A stretch of 64,000 bases of DNA from Lama guanicoe. Its lineage: Eukaryota. The DNA lies in contig MU054575.1 in NCBI GenBank assembly GCA_013239625.1, forward strand, positions 2,973,619 to 3,037,618, in the 5' to 3' direction. Made by a program: the position numbers and the translations under genes. Shown here piece after piece: positions 13,565 through 25,442 of this stretch (its first letter is position 1; each line of letters starts with the position of its first letter). The notes under the pieces were generated by a model, which had not been told where the DNA came from, ran no database searches, and saw only the letters and a program-made list of their open reading frames with translations.

Positions 13565-15002
13565 GCTACGTGTAGAAGAATGAAATTAGAACATTCTCCA
13601 ACACCATACACAAAATACATTCAAAATGGACTAAAGGCCTAAAGGGAGGACCGGATGCTATGAAACTCCTAGAGGAAAACACAAGCGGGACACTCTGACA
13701 TAAATTGCAGCAATGTTTTTGAATCCGTCTCCTAGAGTAACAGAAACAAAAGCAAAAATAAACAAATGGGACCTGATTTAACTTAAAAGCTTTTGCAGAG
13801 CAAAAGAAACCATAAACAAAACAAAACGACACCCTGCAGACTGAGAGAAAATACTTGCAAACAACGTGACTGATGGGGCTTAATTTCTAAAATATACAGA
13901 CAGCTCATACGGCTCAATAACAGAAAATTAAACAACCCAATCAAAAAACNNNNNNNNNNNNNNNNNNNNNNNNNNNNNNNNNNNNNNNNNNNNNNNNNNN
14001 NNNNNNNNNNNNNNNNNNNNNNNNNNNNNNNNNNNNNNNNNNNNNNNNNNNNNNNNNNNNNNNNNNNNNNNNNNNNNNNNNNNNNNNNNNNTCATTTCTA
14101 AGCCCGTGTAAGTGCTTACATATAAGTATATAATTGTATAAATATTTCAAAATATATTTATATAATAACAATTTAAAAAAAAAAAGAATGGCCTATCATT
14201 AAAAAGTCTACAAGCAATAAATGCTGGAGAGGGTGTGGAGAAAAGGCAACCCTTCTACACTGTTGGTGGGAATGTAAATTGGTGCAGTCACTATGGAGGA
14301 CAGTATGGAGATTCCTTCAAAACCTAAAAATAGAGTTACCACACGATCCAGCAATACCACTCCTGGGCATATATCCAGAGAAAACTCTTAATTCAAAAAG
14401 ACACGTGCACACTAATGTTCATAGCAGCACTACTTACAATAGTCAAGACGTGGAAGCAACCTAAATGTCCATTGGCAGATGACTGCATAAAGAAGATGTA
14501 GTCTATATATACAGTGGAATATCACTCAGCCATAAAAAAGAATGAAATAATGCCATTTGCAGCAACATGGATAGACCCAGAGATTGTCATACTAAGTGAA
14601 CGCAGACAAAAAAAGACAAATATCATGGTATCACTTACATGTGGAATCTAAAATATGATACAAATGAGTTTATTTACAAAACAGAAACAGATACACAGAC
14701 ACAGAAAACAAACTTATGGTTACCAAAGAGGGAAGGGAGGGAGGGATAAATTAGGAGTCTGGGGTTAGCAAATACAAGCTACTATATAAAAAAATAGATA
14801 AACAACAAGGTTACTGTAGAGCACAGGAAACTATACTCAATATCTTGTAATGAACTATAATGAGAAAGAATCTGAAAAAGAATACGTACGTGTGTCTATG
14901 TATGTATTGTGTATGTATGTATAACTGAATCACTGTGCTGTACACCAGAAACTAACCACAACGTTGTAAATCAACGATACTTCAACAAAAAATTTTTTAA
15001 AA
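13565..15002 (+). mobile_element. 5'-truncated L1 (ORF2 C-terminal part + 3'UTR), antisense in IGHMBP2 intron 7
   Basis: L1 ORF2 motifs (IELPHDPAIPLLGIYP), artiodactyl-type 3'UTR, A-tail; TSD AGTCAGAGA at 13556-13564 and 15003-15011; contains an N gap. Confidence 0.92.
13950..14091. other. N run (assembly gap or mask); others at 46327-46459, 46816-46967, 55726-55867, 59268-59403
   Basis: Runs of 133-152 N, mostly inside repeats. Confidence 0.95.
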
Positions 15003-15011
15003 AGTCAGAGA

Positions 15012-18000
15012 AGGATGTCAGCAGAAACAGCTGAGTAAGGACCTCTAAAAATCCTCCCCTCCACTAAAGCAACGAGAACACTGACAAAACTATCAGAACC
15101 AACCTTCTCAGAACTCTAGAAATTAACCAAAGGCTTGCAGCAACCCAGGAGCATCTAGTCCAAAAAATGGCTAACCCTGGGCAGGACGAGTGGGCTCCGT
15201 GGTCCCTACGCCCAGGCACTGCTCCCTGGCTCCTTGGTGGCCTGGAAACAAATGGCCTGTGATCACAGTGGCAATCAGCAGCCTGACTCGTGGGGGGACA
15301 GAACTCCTTCCAAGCCCCATCCCCAAAGAACTGCCACCATCACAGCCGTCTGCTGGTTCCCTGGAAGGTCCCACTGGCAGGACCGTCTTTATCTGACCTG
15401 ACTTGGAGCTTGGCCACTGCAAACAGCCCTCTCCCCGGGGCTGCTGGTGGAAAGCAACCAGAGGCCAGTGCTGCACACCAGTGCTCTGGGAGGCAGTGGA
15501 TAACAGCTGGAGCAGAAGGCCACACTCATGAAGGGCTGTGTGCTGCTCGGGGAAGACCCAAGGAGGCCTTGAGCGCTCACACCTGGCTCACCCTGCAGCT
15601 CTGTGCCAACAGAAAATGAAGGCTGGGTCAGAAGTCGCCTGGCTGAGCGCTACAGTGCTCCCCAACACACACAGAACTCTCGACAAAGACCAGCAGACTT
15701 ACTGGTCCCAGGACTTCAAGGGCGTCTATCTAACCATTGCCTGACCACAAAGCCAAGTGAGCAGGGGCTGCAGCGGCCACTCGGGACGCAGAGCACAGAC
15801 TTCACAGAACCAGCTCAGGAAAACCACTAGACAAGCACCAACAACAAGGAGCAGCAACAACCCTGGGGAGGGAAGAGAACCTCACCTCCAGAGCTACCAC
15901 GCTGTTCTTCAAAATACTCAGTCTCCAACAAAGAAATCACATACAAGGAAACAAAGTAAGGCCCAGATACAGACAAAAGGAAACTGATGGAAACCGTCCC
16001 TGAGAAAGCCCAGTGCTGGCTTACCAAGCAAAGACTCTAATACCAGTGACTTTAAATATGATCAGAGCAAAAGGAAGTCATAGCTGATGAAATAAAAGAA
16101 TATGTAAGGATAACGTCTCACCAAATAGACTCTCCATAAAGGGCCAGGATTTTTTTTTAAACCCTGCAGCTGAAAAGCACAGTAACTGAAATTCACTGGA
16201 CAGGCTACACAGCAGATCTGAACAGGAAGACCCAGCGAACTTGAGGACAGGCCAACTGAATTATTCAGTCTGAGAAACGGAAAGAAGAACGAACGAAGGG
16301 AAACGCGCAGCGCCTCAGAGACCCTGGCGCGCCGTCACACACATTGACACACACGCAACAGGGGTCCCAGAGGGAGAGCAGAGAGCGAGTGGCCGAGAGA
16401 ACATCTGAAAATAAATGACTGAAAACTTCCCAAATCTGATGAAAAACAATGCTCACATCTAAGAGACTCAACACACTCCGAGTGGTTCCCTCAGAGGCAG
16501 CTGCACCGAGGCTCACAGTCAAACGGCCAAAAGGCAGAGAAAGGAGCGAGAGAGAGGCAACCTGTCCCTACGGGGGTCCTCGGGGCGATGAACGCCGCCT
16601 TCCCGCCAGAAACCGCGCAGGCAGGAGGCAGCGGGGACATGTTCACAGCCCAAAAGAAGGAGGCTGTCAGCCGAGAATTCTGCCTCCAACAGACAGTCAC
16701 TCAAACACAGACAGGAAAAAAGACACCCCAGAGAGGAGCCGAGGCCCGCCCTTCAAGAAGTGCTGAAGGGCGTCCTTCAGGGGGAGATGAAGGACGCCAG
16801 ACAGTAACTCCAGTCCACAGGAAGCAGCGAAGAGGCCGCCAGGGGCAACGACGCAGGGAGACACAGAAGGTGGCAGCACAGTATTTCTGTAGCTCTTTTC
16901 TTGTCCTGTCTGACTTAAAAGACAACTGGGCAAAGCAATGATCACAAAGCGAAGCAGAACCCGGACTCTGTTCCTTAGTGCAGGTCCCACGAGAGGCTGC
17001 GGCAGACAGACCCCAAGGCGACCCCCGTGCCCCCGGCCTCCTGGTACTCACACCAGCTATGACCCCCAGTGCCTGGCTTCTAGCCCACAAGACCTGGCAA
17101 AGGTGATGGGGTGTCACGTCGTGATAACATTACACAAGGTTATAACCCAGCTGGCTAGAAGACTGTTGCTTGCTAGCTTTTAAGAACCAAGTGGCCGCAT
17201 TAGAAAGGTTGAAAGCAGCTAAAAGTTGTCTCCAGCTTAAGCGGCTACTTTTAGACCAGACACAGTAGATTTCAAAGAACATGACTAGGGATAAAGAAAG
17301 TCGTTCCACAATGAAAAACTGACTGACTAATAAAGAGAACAACATTTACGCCCCTGATAAAAGAGCGACCGAGGACATGGAGCAAACACTGACAGAACTT
17401 CACGGAGAGACAGACAAACCAAATAGTCGCAGGTGATTTCGACACCCCTCTCTCAACAAGCGACAGGACACGTACACAGAAATCGGAGAGGACGCAGATG
17501 CGCCGTCAGCCATGACGACGCTCCAGCAAGACCGGAGAGCACACTCTTCACTCACAAAGCCCATATTCTGGACCGTAAAGTAGGTCTCAAGGAAATGACC
17601 CAAGTTGCACACAGTATGTCCTCCGCCCACAAGGAGCTAAATCAGAAACCAGTGAGAGGAAGATGGCCGGAAAATCCCCAAACATTTGGGAAGAAAATAA
17701 CACACTTCTAAACAATCATGGGTCCAAAAAAATTAAAAGGGAAATGAGACAGTGTTTCACAATGAATGAAAACGAAAACACATCAGGATTTACGAGATGC
17801 TGTGAACGCAAACACGCGGGAACCCGTACAGCACTAAATGCCCACAGTGTGAAAGACAGCAGGTCCCAAGTCAGCATAAGCCAATGCCCTCAGCTCCCAC
17901 CTGAAGACAACAGAAATCGAGAAGCGAATTAAAACCAAGTAAGCAGAAAGGGACACAGTAAAAATCAACGCTGAAATCAACAAAACACAAAACGGGAAAA

Positions 18001-18400
18001 CAACAGAGAAAAACCAGTGAAGCCAAAAGCTGGTTCTCTGAGATCAATAAAATTAAGAGACCTCTTGCCAGCACACGTCAGGAAAAAAGAAAAGGACACA
18101 AAGCACCGATATCGGAAACAAAAGCAGTGACGTCGCTACAGATGCCACGGACGCCTTCAAAATCACAGGGGGACCCTACAGACAACTTTGTGCCTATAAA
18201 TTTAACAATTTAGATTAAATGGACAAATTTCTTGAAAGACACAGGCTGGCTCACTCAAGAAGAAACACACTGAATATTTCATTTCAATTAAAGAAATGGA
18301 ATTTGCAGTTGAAAACCTGCCCACACAGAAAACTCGAGGCCCAGAAGAGCCCCACTGGCACGTTCTACCCAGTTTCAAAGACAATTCCACAAACGGGTCC
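15012..18400 (+). mobile_element. Old, decayed L1 (L1M-type 5' region, ORF1 remnants and ORF2 endonuclease/tether remnants)
   Basis: L1-like phrases such as GAAGCCAAAAGCTGGTTCTCTGAGATCAATAAAATT and TTTAGATTAAATGGACAAATTTCTTGAAAGACAC; no intact ORF; boundaries approximate. Confidence 0.8.
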
Positions 18401-18443
18401 CAGAAGACCCAGGAGGGGGGCACGCCCGCCGGCTGCGCCTCAC

Positions 18444-18591
18444 CTGTGTTTGTGGCCAGGACCACGCAGGCGGCCGTCAGGCTCTGCAGGGTAGCCGCCT
18501 CCTCACGCTCCTTCAGCTCTTTCCTCAACAGCCTGATCTCATTTCGAAAATCACTCCTCTCTCTCTTGTCCTGGGTCTTCTTGTTTTTCAA
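18444..18591 (-). CDS. IGHMBP2: IGHMBP2 exon 7 (148 nt): [11 protein letters not shown]...CVVLATNT
   Basis: Acceptor cattgtag|T; donor CAG|GTGAGG. Confidence 0.96.
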
Positions 18592-19959
18592 CTACAATGA
18601 AAAGCAGAGGGCACATCAGAATGTTGATACAACCTCAGACTTACTTAGCTCTTTTTAATTTGCAAAGGGCTTTTTTTTATGGTCACTTGCTCCACTTCCA
18701 TGAGTCCCTTAAAAGGCGCTAAAAGGTCAAAAATCTTTCCTGAAGGAGCAACAGATCCACGCAGTGGCGTCCTGACCTCAGCACCACTGTCACCTGCACA
18801 GCGGAGGGAGAAAGGGAGACTGAGGTCCACGAAGCAGACGGCGTTCTCAACTGGGACCTGAGCGAAGACCAGCGGTCGGACCCCAGCCCCAGTCCCACCC
18901 TGAAGAGAGTCATCAGATCTGCTCTCGGGGAAGAAACAGCACCTGCCCACGCCAGGATTTGGGTTTTAGCAGCTTTTACACAAAGAGAGGCCGAGCTTCT
19001 CTCAGTATCCATCACCTGTCAAGAGATTAAAGTATTTTCTTCAACCCAAAAAGTGTTTCCCTGGACCCTGCCTTACTTCCACACTCAAAGACACGCAGCC
19101 CTCTCCTCATCTGTGGCGTCTGCCTGGAGCACGGAGTCCGGCAGGGGTGACAGGAGGGGTGCCTAACTTCCAGAGAAGAAAATTCCAAAAAGAACTGACT
19201 GAAAAAGGAACAAGAAGCGGAATTACTCACATCTGTGAGAGCACAAATCCCATCACTGCGTATTCCTACAGCACCTTTAACCCCGAGTGACACGCGTGTA
19301 TCCTGGTTTCCGCCCCTGGTGCTTCCACTACTAACAGGCCCACGGGAACGCCTGCCTCTCCGCACCAGGCCTGTGAGGCCAGGACGCCGAGGAGAGGAAC
19401 GTGAGGCAGTGAGACCAGCGGACGGTGAACAAACACCTAAGGGGATGGGGGGACGTGTAAACCAGAGGACCCATGAGCTCAGAAGTACTAAACTGCCCGA
19501 GGAAACTCCGTCTCAAACTGGCTTGTCACCTACCTTGTTCTCTTTAGGAGGATCATGTAAAATGGACCCAAAAATTAGGGGCGATACATATTTTCCGAAT
19601 CTTCATTTTCAGTCTGCCTTTTTTTGTTTGTCAATATTATCCAGCCAACAGGATCAGTACTCACAGAGGGAGCGAAGGGTGGGGGGTGTGGGGGGAGGCT
19701 GTTCAGGACCCTGAAGAGGAATGTTTCCCGTAAGACACCTGCTCTCCTCTTCATGAAACTACCTGAAGACAGGTGAGTCCCTGTTAAGAGCCGAGCACAG
19801 GTCTCTGTCAAACGTGGGCGTCCCGACGTTTGAAAGGATTAAGTGACTCGCCAAAGGCCAGAGAACGGCGAGAGGAACACAGGCAGACGCCCCGCGCTGC
19901 GGGACCGACGGCAGAGGCACACGCTGCACGCAGCGCGGACACAGCGGGGACGCACTCAC

Positions 19960-20160
19960 AGAGACCTGGTCGATGTCCCTCCGGATGTCGGCCACGATCT
20001 GGGCGCCATCGCTGCGTGCTAACACCGCATCCAGGGAGTGCCGCTGAATGGACTCCAGGAGCCGTGCGGGGTGCCCCAGGCGCACGATCCTCTGCTTCCA
20101 CCGGGCCAGACGCTCCACCAGGTTGTCCACGGCGATGTTAGAGGGGGCGCAGCACAGAAC
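19960..20160 (-). CDS. IGHMBP2: IGHMBP2 exon 6 (201 nt): [18 protein letters not shown]...DIDQVS
   Basis: Acceptor tccgcag|G; donor TCT|GTGAGT; helicase motif Ia. Confidence 0.97.
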
Positions 20161-21680
20161 CTGCGGAGCACAGCTCAAACTCAGACTCGTGATTTCTTTT
20201 TTAATGAAATCACTTAAGTTTACATTAAAGCAAACAGAAAGTCTTCAAGAGAGGTGGGTGGAGCGTGCAACAGTGGGGAAGTGGAAGTGGAAACGCACAG
20301 CGGAGAGGGCGGGCGAAGGCAGCCTGGAGGCGCACGTCGCTGCAAGCCGACATGATTTCCAGGCAACCAGGCCTCAGTCTCAGGAGCCTGTGAGCCTTAC
20401 AAGCCCAGGAAAGTTGACTTGCAACGGGAAGGAATGTGCCCGGAGACAATCAGGGTGGGACATCCGTCTCACCCCTAGTCAAACCGTTTTATCATCTGAC
20501 AAAGTGGAACCTTTCTGAATGGGCTCAATCCTGCTCCCAAAACTGCAGTCCCACTCTTAGGTGGGGTGGGGCTGGCAGAGGAGGCGGAGGGGGCAGTCCC
20601 TACCCACGCCCACCCCTAGAACAGGCAGCCACGGCCAGCCCTCCCAGCACCCTGGCTCCGCCTCCACCCAACCCAGGTGGCCTGGGCACATCTGCGCCAC
20701 GGCGGGCACACAGGTGCCACAGAAGCACCCAATTAAACCCCCAAATCTGCTTCCTGCCAGTAAGTCATCTTTTACAAGTTTTCAAACATCTGTGCCAAGA
20801 CACTCTGTGGGAAAGCACTGGACGTGGCTTTGTAACCAAGTGACACACTTCCCTGCAGCTCTAAGGGCCGCAGCTCTGCCCGCAGAGAGGCGAGGCTCAG
20901 AGCAAGGGCTCTGGGAGAGGGTCAGCCCAGGTTCAGTCCTGGCTCTGCCACTCACTGCTGAGTGACAGCACACACGACCTTGCTTCTCAGTTTCCTCTAT
21001 AAATGGGGCCACACAGTCCCTGCACCAGGTCAAAGGAGCAGCACAAGGGAAAGCTTAGGATGATGCCTGGTCTGTAAGAAACACCCAGTGTCACCCTAAA
21101 AGTCAGTAGCCAACGTTTATGAACCAGAAATTTTTTTAAAAAGCTTTCCATGTGCTCAGAACCCGTGATGACTCGTGTTGACGCAGATGAGGATAAAAGA
21201 TCCTTTCTCAACCATTAAAAATATAAGCGAACAATAATGTTATTGTTCACATCTATTATATATGTGGATGTTATATTCCACATCTCAGAAACCAGTGGTA
21301 TCAATTAACCGGACCATCTGATTAACTGAAACACGTCTGTCCCCCTTGACCTGCCACAGGGCCTCCTCCTGCAGGGCACAGACAGGCTCTGACCGCCCTC
21401 ATGCCCACAGCATACCCAGCATGCCAGGCAGGGCCTGGACACAGAGCACGGGTCCTGGATGGTGGCCTGGTCTACAGTAACCCAGACCTCAATACCCCAG
21501 GCAGACATTCCCAAGCGTGATCCCAGAAGTCGAAAGGGCCCGGCCCAATGCTCAGTCAGAAAACACTCAGGATCGCTCTGGACAAAGCCCACCCGAGCCC
21601 AGGCCGGGGCCCCACTGAGCACCTGTGAGCTGCAGCCCAGGGCAATGGGTGCTGATGGGGACCCAGCGCCCACTGCCCAC

Positions 21681-21844
21681 CTTTGAGCCCTGTTTCACAG
21701 CTTGAAGAATGATTTCGACCACTGTGGTGGTCTTCCCAGTTCCAGGAGGCCCATGGATGATGGCGAGTTCTTTCTGGGATAGCGCGAACAGAACTGCCTC
21801 CTTCTGGGAGGCGTCCAGGGAGGCGTTGCAGAAGGTCAGTGGGG
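21681..21844 (-). CDS. IGHMBP2: IGHMBP2 exon 5 (164 nt): Q-motif and Walker A (SQKEAV...[18 protein letters not shown])
   Basis: Acceptor cccgcag|C; donor AAG|GTGGGC; P-loop motif. Confidence 0.97.
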
Positions 21845-22449
21845 CTGCGGGAGAAGCAGCAGTCAGGACCGGCTCCCCACCACCACCACCCGGTGTTTCC
21901 TCCCTACACCTGCACAGATGGAGGCGAGCGAGGCACCAAAGACAGAGCTGGACAGCCCAGAGCTCAGCCGGTCAACACAAAACCTGCTTTGTTTCCACGA
22001 GCTCTCTCCTGGAACTGGATGCTGCAGCCCGGGGACCACAGGCCTGCTTCCCGAGTCAGGTCTGACTGGAATGCAGCCCCACCCGCCCACTCACACACTG
22101 TCCCTGGCTGCTTGCTGATATTTCAGCCCAAAAAACCAAAAATATTTACCATCTGTCCCTTTATTGAAAAAGTCTGCCAAACCCTGCTCCAGAATAACAG
22201 ATTTTTCTGCAGTAAATATTTCTCAGAACATGTTCATTTCTACCACATTATCCCTTTTTATTTACCCATGAAATGACAAAAACAAAGGACAAAAAAGAAT
22301 TACTAGTAAATCCAGGGCCTGTGTCTGCTCTGAATCTTCCGAGACCAAGAGTAATTATCTGCTATTAACTACTATATATAAAAATACATATTTCAATTTT
22401 AAAAACATGCTAGAAAATAAATACATTTTAAAAAAGGTTAAAAAACAAA

Positions 22450-22612
22450 TTTCTTCCGTATAGCGCAAAGAACTGTATTCAATATCTTATAATAAATTTT
22501 AATGAAAAAGAATATGAAAATGAATATATGTATATATGTGCATGAATGGGACATAGTGCTGCACACCAGAAATTGACACGTTGTAACTGACTATACTTAA
22601 ATTTTAAAAAAA
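22450..22612 (+). mobile_element. L1 3'-end fragment with A-tail
   Basis: ACACCAGAAATTGACACGTTGTAACTGACTATACT + A-tail, homologous to other L1 tails in the window. Confidence 0.8.
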
Positions 22613-23228
22613 CAGTTATCTGCTTTGTATGTGCTGTGCTTCAAAAGCAGACACCGTTGTCCCAGCCTCGAGCCCGCAGCCCCACCACGCAGTGCTGGCC
22701 GCACAGAGGTGAGCATGCTGGACCCGTGAGCACCTGGTGCTGACCCAGACAAGTAAGACCGAAACTAACTTGGAAAAAGGAACAGAGCATCCAACCCAAA
22801 GTTCCAGCCTGTGTCCCACTCTGCGTCCCTTCTCCCCTAGACAAGACGTTAGCAACAACCAGGACACATCGTGTCCCTTAAAACACAGCAAATAAAGCGC
22901 TAATTCTGTGTCCAGCTCACAGCAGCCTCTCAGTAGACATTTGGCAGAAACAGAACATTACTGTAACATGAGTGCTTCTGGGATGTGAGGAAGTACAAAG
23001 CAGCCCTGAGCCGAAAGCCGTCACATGGCCAGTGTATTAGCACAGGTGTGACGGGAAGAGGGTGCAGGGTGGCCTTGCTGTTAGAGTGACTGAGGCTATG
23101 CTGTAAAAATCGGCAAAGCCCAACATCTAGACGACTGTTAAATTCCGGGCAGCTGCTTAATGAGATGATAAACTCTCAACATGAGGCTCTTCAAGACACT
23201 GAAGGAGATGAGAGTGCAGAGGACACAC

Positions 23229-23251
23229 TGTGTATGTGTGTGTGTGTGTGT
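23229..23251. repeat. (TG)n microsatellite
   Basis: Direct reading. Confidence 0.8.
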
Positions 23252-23803
23252 ACACGGATGTGGAGAAACAACCAGAAGAATACACACACACCCGTGAGGC
23301 TAACCCTAAACGGCAGGTTTCTGAGTGATTTGTTTCCCTCGTTGATACGCCTCTTTATTTCCAAAGTTCTACGACGAACACATACCACTCTTACAACTAG
23401 AAATAAGCTGTCTTCAATTTGAAGGATGCTGAGAAAATAATTAAATGCATTTGGAACTGAGACTTCACATACACACAAAAAAATGCCATCAAGCGTAAAG
23501 TACAATCAGCTAGCCTCCGTTTTCACAGGGCACTGAGCTGGAAGTCCTGACATTTCAAAATAAAATATTTAGACATATTAGAAAAAAAACCATTTTAAAA
23601 AACCAGTGAAATGAGCTACTTCTTTGACATTGAAGGACAGAGTTAGTTCAAGCAAGTCACACAAAGAAACTTATAAGGAGACACGAAGATAGATTTCCTC
23701 TCACTGCACATCCTCAAACCCCTGCTAAAACAGCCCACGGTCACAGCATTCTCGATACTGTCCACAGTGATTTCAATCCGAAGAGGAAAACCACAGCTCT
23801 TAC

Positions 23804-23901
23804 GTATTTCACTGGCGGGACTGGGGGCTGCTCCCCCGAGAAGGACCTCTATGAGTGAGGATGCAGGGCCAGAATGATACTTCTTTAGGGTAATCAGAGC
23901 C
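23804..23901 (-). CDS. IGHMBP2: IGHMBP2 exon 4 (98 nt): [22 protein letters not shown]...PASEI
   Basis: Acceptor ctggcag|G; donor TAC|GTAAGA. Confidence 0.96.
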
Positions 23902-24116
23902 CTGCCAGGGGAGAAAATGAAAATTAGGAGCTTAGTGAGAACCAGCAATGAACTCAGAGCCAAGTCCCCGCCCAGTGCGGCCACCCGCAGCCCACCGTCT
24001 CATGCGAGGGGTGCGCGGCCGACCCCAGTCCAGACATGCCTGCTTGCTTTCGTCCAGCAGGAGTGAGATGTGTTTAGGGAAAACGTTACTTGTGATTGCC
24101 AGTCACACACACTTAC

Positions 24117-24300
24117 TTTTTCAGTCGCTTATAAGTGATGTCATTGGCAAGTTTTAACAGTCTGTAGGAATTCTCTCGGTCCAGACTCAACTGGAGATCA
24201 TGGGACTCATCAAAGGCCACCGTGACCAGCTTTGGGGTGATCCGGGTCAGGATCCCCGTGGCCAGCTGACCACTTTCGTCATATAGACCCACTATATCGC
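24117..24300 (-). CDS. IGHMBP2: IGHMBP2 exon 3 (184 nt): [19 protein letters not shown]...[10 protein letters not shown]
   Basis: Acceptor tctgcag|G; donor AAA|GTAAGT. Confidence 0.96.
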
Positions 24301-25272
24301 CTGCAGACACAAAGGCCAGTTACACAGAACAAAGTTCAATGTGAATACATCATATAGTAAATTTCAGCACATTTCAAATACCGCATCTGTTAGTTTCATT
24401 AGAAATGCAATCAGCAGCAGTAAGAAAAGACATTTTTAACTAACATCACACATGAAAATTTACTTGAGCTCAATAAACTATTGAAAACAAACATAACAGT
24501 CAATAAAATATTTAAAGTGCCTACTCTGTGCGAGGCACTGTTCTAGGCACTGGTCTGTATTAAGAAAAAAACATGGACCCTGCCCTCACGTCAGGGAGGA
24601 GAGGAATAAACACAAAAAACCTCTCAGGTGTCAGTGCCGAGCACCTCAGGAAAGATGAAGCCCTGGGTCGAGGAGACGAGGGTGCCATTTTCGAGTGTGG
24701 GAAGGGCCTCTCTGAGGGGTGACAGGTCAGCAGGTGGGCCCTCAGTGAAGCACATGTGGGGGAGAACATTCCAGGGGGAAACAGCGCTGGTGGCGGGGGG
24801 CCAGTGGTGGTTTGCTGCCCCCTCAGCTGGACCTCTCACTCCTGTGATAACTGTTCGGGGACTCGCCCATCGTCAGGTGAGTCTGAGGGGCCCCCCCAAT
24901 GCCAGGGACAGAGCACACCATTCACACCTGAGCCCATCAGGGCTCCACATACCCCCTGGCCAGTGACTGGCTCAGGGATGGACACAGGTCTAGACGACCA
25001 AAAGCCTCGTGATGGCTGAGCTGAGAACTCCCTACTGTCATGCTTTCCTCTCCAATTGATCACACGTAACCCGGTCTCCACAATCCACACCTCAAGACAG
25101 CAATACTCAGCGCATGCCCATGTCGAAAACGCACAGCGGGGGAGGCGCAGCACAGCGGCAGAGTGCTCGATCAGCACGCAGGAGGCCATGGACTCCGTCC
25201 CCAGGACCTCCGTCAAACAAACAGCAATAAGCTAATTACCTCCCCTCACAAAACGAAACAAAATGCACAGAC

Positions 25273-25442
25273 CAGAAGTAAAGCCGTTACTGGGAAGCAC
25301 AGCGGCAGACGCGCACTTCCTGGGCTCAAAGGCGACCAGCAGCCGTCCGTACAGCCCGGTCCGCTGGCTTGACACCTGCAGCTTCAGCAGACAAACGCCT
25401 CGGCTCTGGAGTTCTTTCAGAGACACGTTTTCCTGCCAGGAC
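25273..25442 (-). CDS. IGHMBP2: IGHMBP2 exon 2 (170 nt): [23 protein letters not shown]...SNGFTS
   Basis: Acceptor ctcccag|G; donor CTG|GTCTGT; in frame with exons 1 and 3. Confidence 0.96.
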
